A stretch of DNA of 64,000 nucleotides from Massalongia carnosa (Eukaryota). Within the stretch, counting starts at the first letter, position 1. Each line of letters opens with the position of its first letter. Below, piece by piece: positions 62,262 through 64,000 of the stretch. The notes below the pieces were generated by a model, which saw only the letters and a program-made list of their open reading frames with translations, had not been told where the DNA came from and ran no database searches. Made by a program: the position numbers and the translations under genes. The stretch is from positions 2,852,001 through 2,916,000 of the forward strand of contig OZ287071.1 of NCBI GenBank assembly GCA_965645245.1, in the 5' to 3' direction.

Positions 62262-64000
62262 AATTTGATTTTTTTCTTTCCCAATTCAACCACCTCCCGT
62301 ATCCAATGCCATTTGATTTCAATGTGCTTGGTGCGACGGTGAAACTCCGGGTTTTCCGCCAGTGCAATTGACCCTTGATTGTCCCTTCGAAGTAGGACTG
62401 GGTGGCCCTTCTTCCGGTATCCCAGCTCGGTCAGAAATCGTGCACACCAAATGGCCTCTTTAGCTGCTTCTGTTAGGGCCATATATTCGGCCTCGCAGGT
62501 GGATAGGGCGACGGTAGGTTGTAGCTTGGAACAGTGAGGAATCGGGGCGCCTGCTAACAAAAATGTATAGGCCCCTGTCGATTTTCTTCCATCTTTCGTT
62601 CCAGCATAGTCGGAGTCCGAGTACCCCACAATGTCATCCTCGGTATCTTTTCTAAACACGAGGCCTGCATTTAGGGTACTGGAGATATAGCGCATAATGC
62701 GCTGAAGATATTTGCAGTGTAATGGGCCTGGGTTCGAACAATATCGACTCAGTACTCCCACTGCATAAGCGATGTCGGGGCGTGTATGCATGGCTGGCCA
62801 CATGAGCGAGCCTACCACCGACTGGTACCAGGTAATTGTTTTCTTGTCGGCCTGGTCTTCCGACGGCATGAGTGTGTTTCCGGCACCGGGGTCCATGGGG
62901 GTGGAAATAGGTCTGCAGTCGACCATATTAAATCGCTGCAGTATCTTCTTCAGATAAGTTGTTTGTCGGAGAGTTATAATCGATTTTTCGGTGTTGACGT
63001 TCACCTCAATTCCCAAATAATGGGACACTTCTCCCAAGTCCGTCATGCGGAAACGAGACTTCAATTCGTGTTGCAGTTGCTGCAATTTTGAAGTATCTTT
63101 TCCGAAGATGAGGAGGTCGTCGACGTAAATCGCTATAAACATATCGTCCGATACAAAAACTCCATGGTCCGAATATGTTCGTTTAAACCCCATCTTTGCA
63201 GAAAATCCTGCAAGGTCTGGTACCATACACGAGGGGATTGTTTTAGGCCATATAGGGCCTTTCGTAGTAAGCAGACTTTGTCCTCCCCTTTTTCGAACAA
63301 GGTGGGTTGTATGAAATAAATAGCTTCATCTAGGAAGCCATATAGGAAAGCAGTCACCACATCCATGTGGTGAATGGAAAGCCCCTTTTTAACACTGATT
63401 CCCATCAATGCTTTGTAGGAGACTGGTTTTACCACTGTAGCAAAGGTATCGAGGTAGTCCAGGCCTTCCTTTTGTTTATAGCCGTGAACTACCCATCTTG
63501 CTTTGTACTTTAGTACTTTCCCATTTCTGTCTTTCTTTAGTTTGAACACCCAGCGACCGGTGATCACCTTTCGATCACTCGGTGCTTCTTCTAGTATCCA
63601 TGTTTCATTCTCCACTAGGGATTGGTATTCGGCCTCCATGGCCTTTTTCCATTGTTCCCAGTGGGGTGAGGACATTGCCTCTTTCAGTGTCAGAGGTTCA
63701 TCGAGGCCTTCTGTGTCCTCGCCTCTTGCCAGGGTGATTAGCACTCGTACCATATGTTTATGGGATTCTGGCACCTGGTTTGACCTGAATATATTTATGC
63801 TGGGACGGGAGTTCTCCAGTGACTTTTGACTGGGAACTCTTAATCGCCCAGATCTTCGAGGTTCGATGAGGGGTGAAGGAATTTCTTCCGTTTCACTTGG
63901 ATCATCCTCCCCCTCACTCTCCTCGGCTTGGCCTCCCCCCGACGCATTTACTCCTATTGGATGAAGCATTATTCGTGGAGTTGATGGGGCCGATACCTGT
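62262..64000 (-). pseudogene. pol: Ty1/copia pol fragment (RT-RNase H; copia-5), frameshifted, runs off the window
   Basis: Motifs KYKARWV, LYGLKQSPR, YVDD, YSDSD and RTKHI. Frameshift near 63200; cut by the copia-4 LTR at the RNase H end. Confidence 0.92.

Noticed and set aside
1..64000. Starship or Helitron element explaining the NLR's location
   Set aside because: No tyrosine-recombinase captain or Rep/helicase motifs are visible in this window; an element larger than the window cannot be excluded.

Overview
Fungal (Pezizomycotina-like, GT-AG introns) transposon nest. Most of the window is nested mobile DNA. It holds five Ty1/copia elements (three full length), three Ty3/gypsy chromoviruses (two near-identical full-length copies in inverted orientation), one non-autonomous LTR element, several solo LTRs, four pogo/Fot1-type and two Tc1-type DNA transposons, one complete hAT, two putative hAT ends and two MITE-like foldbacks. 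Most insertions can be bounded exactly by terminal repeats and target-site duplications (TSDs), and nesting reaches four levels. Only two non-TE genes are visible. One is a spliced NLR-type immune gene (SesB-like alpha/beta hydrolase, NB-ARC, nine 126-bp TPR repeats; minus strand, 42492-46549, 3' end truncated). The other is a degraded spliced gene resembling fungal DUF6532 proteins (about 12496-14110). The most unusual structures are (i) a TSD-flanked solo LTR whose right end is an inverted copy of its own left end (25962-26433), (ii) a non-coding LTR element with a Tf1-like self-priming signal (21412-24009), and (iii) an intact copia with discordant flanks that marks a rearrangement (56894-62261). 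Family calls come from motif recognition by eye; no searches were run.
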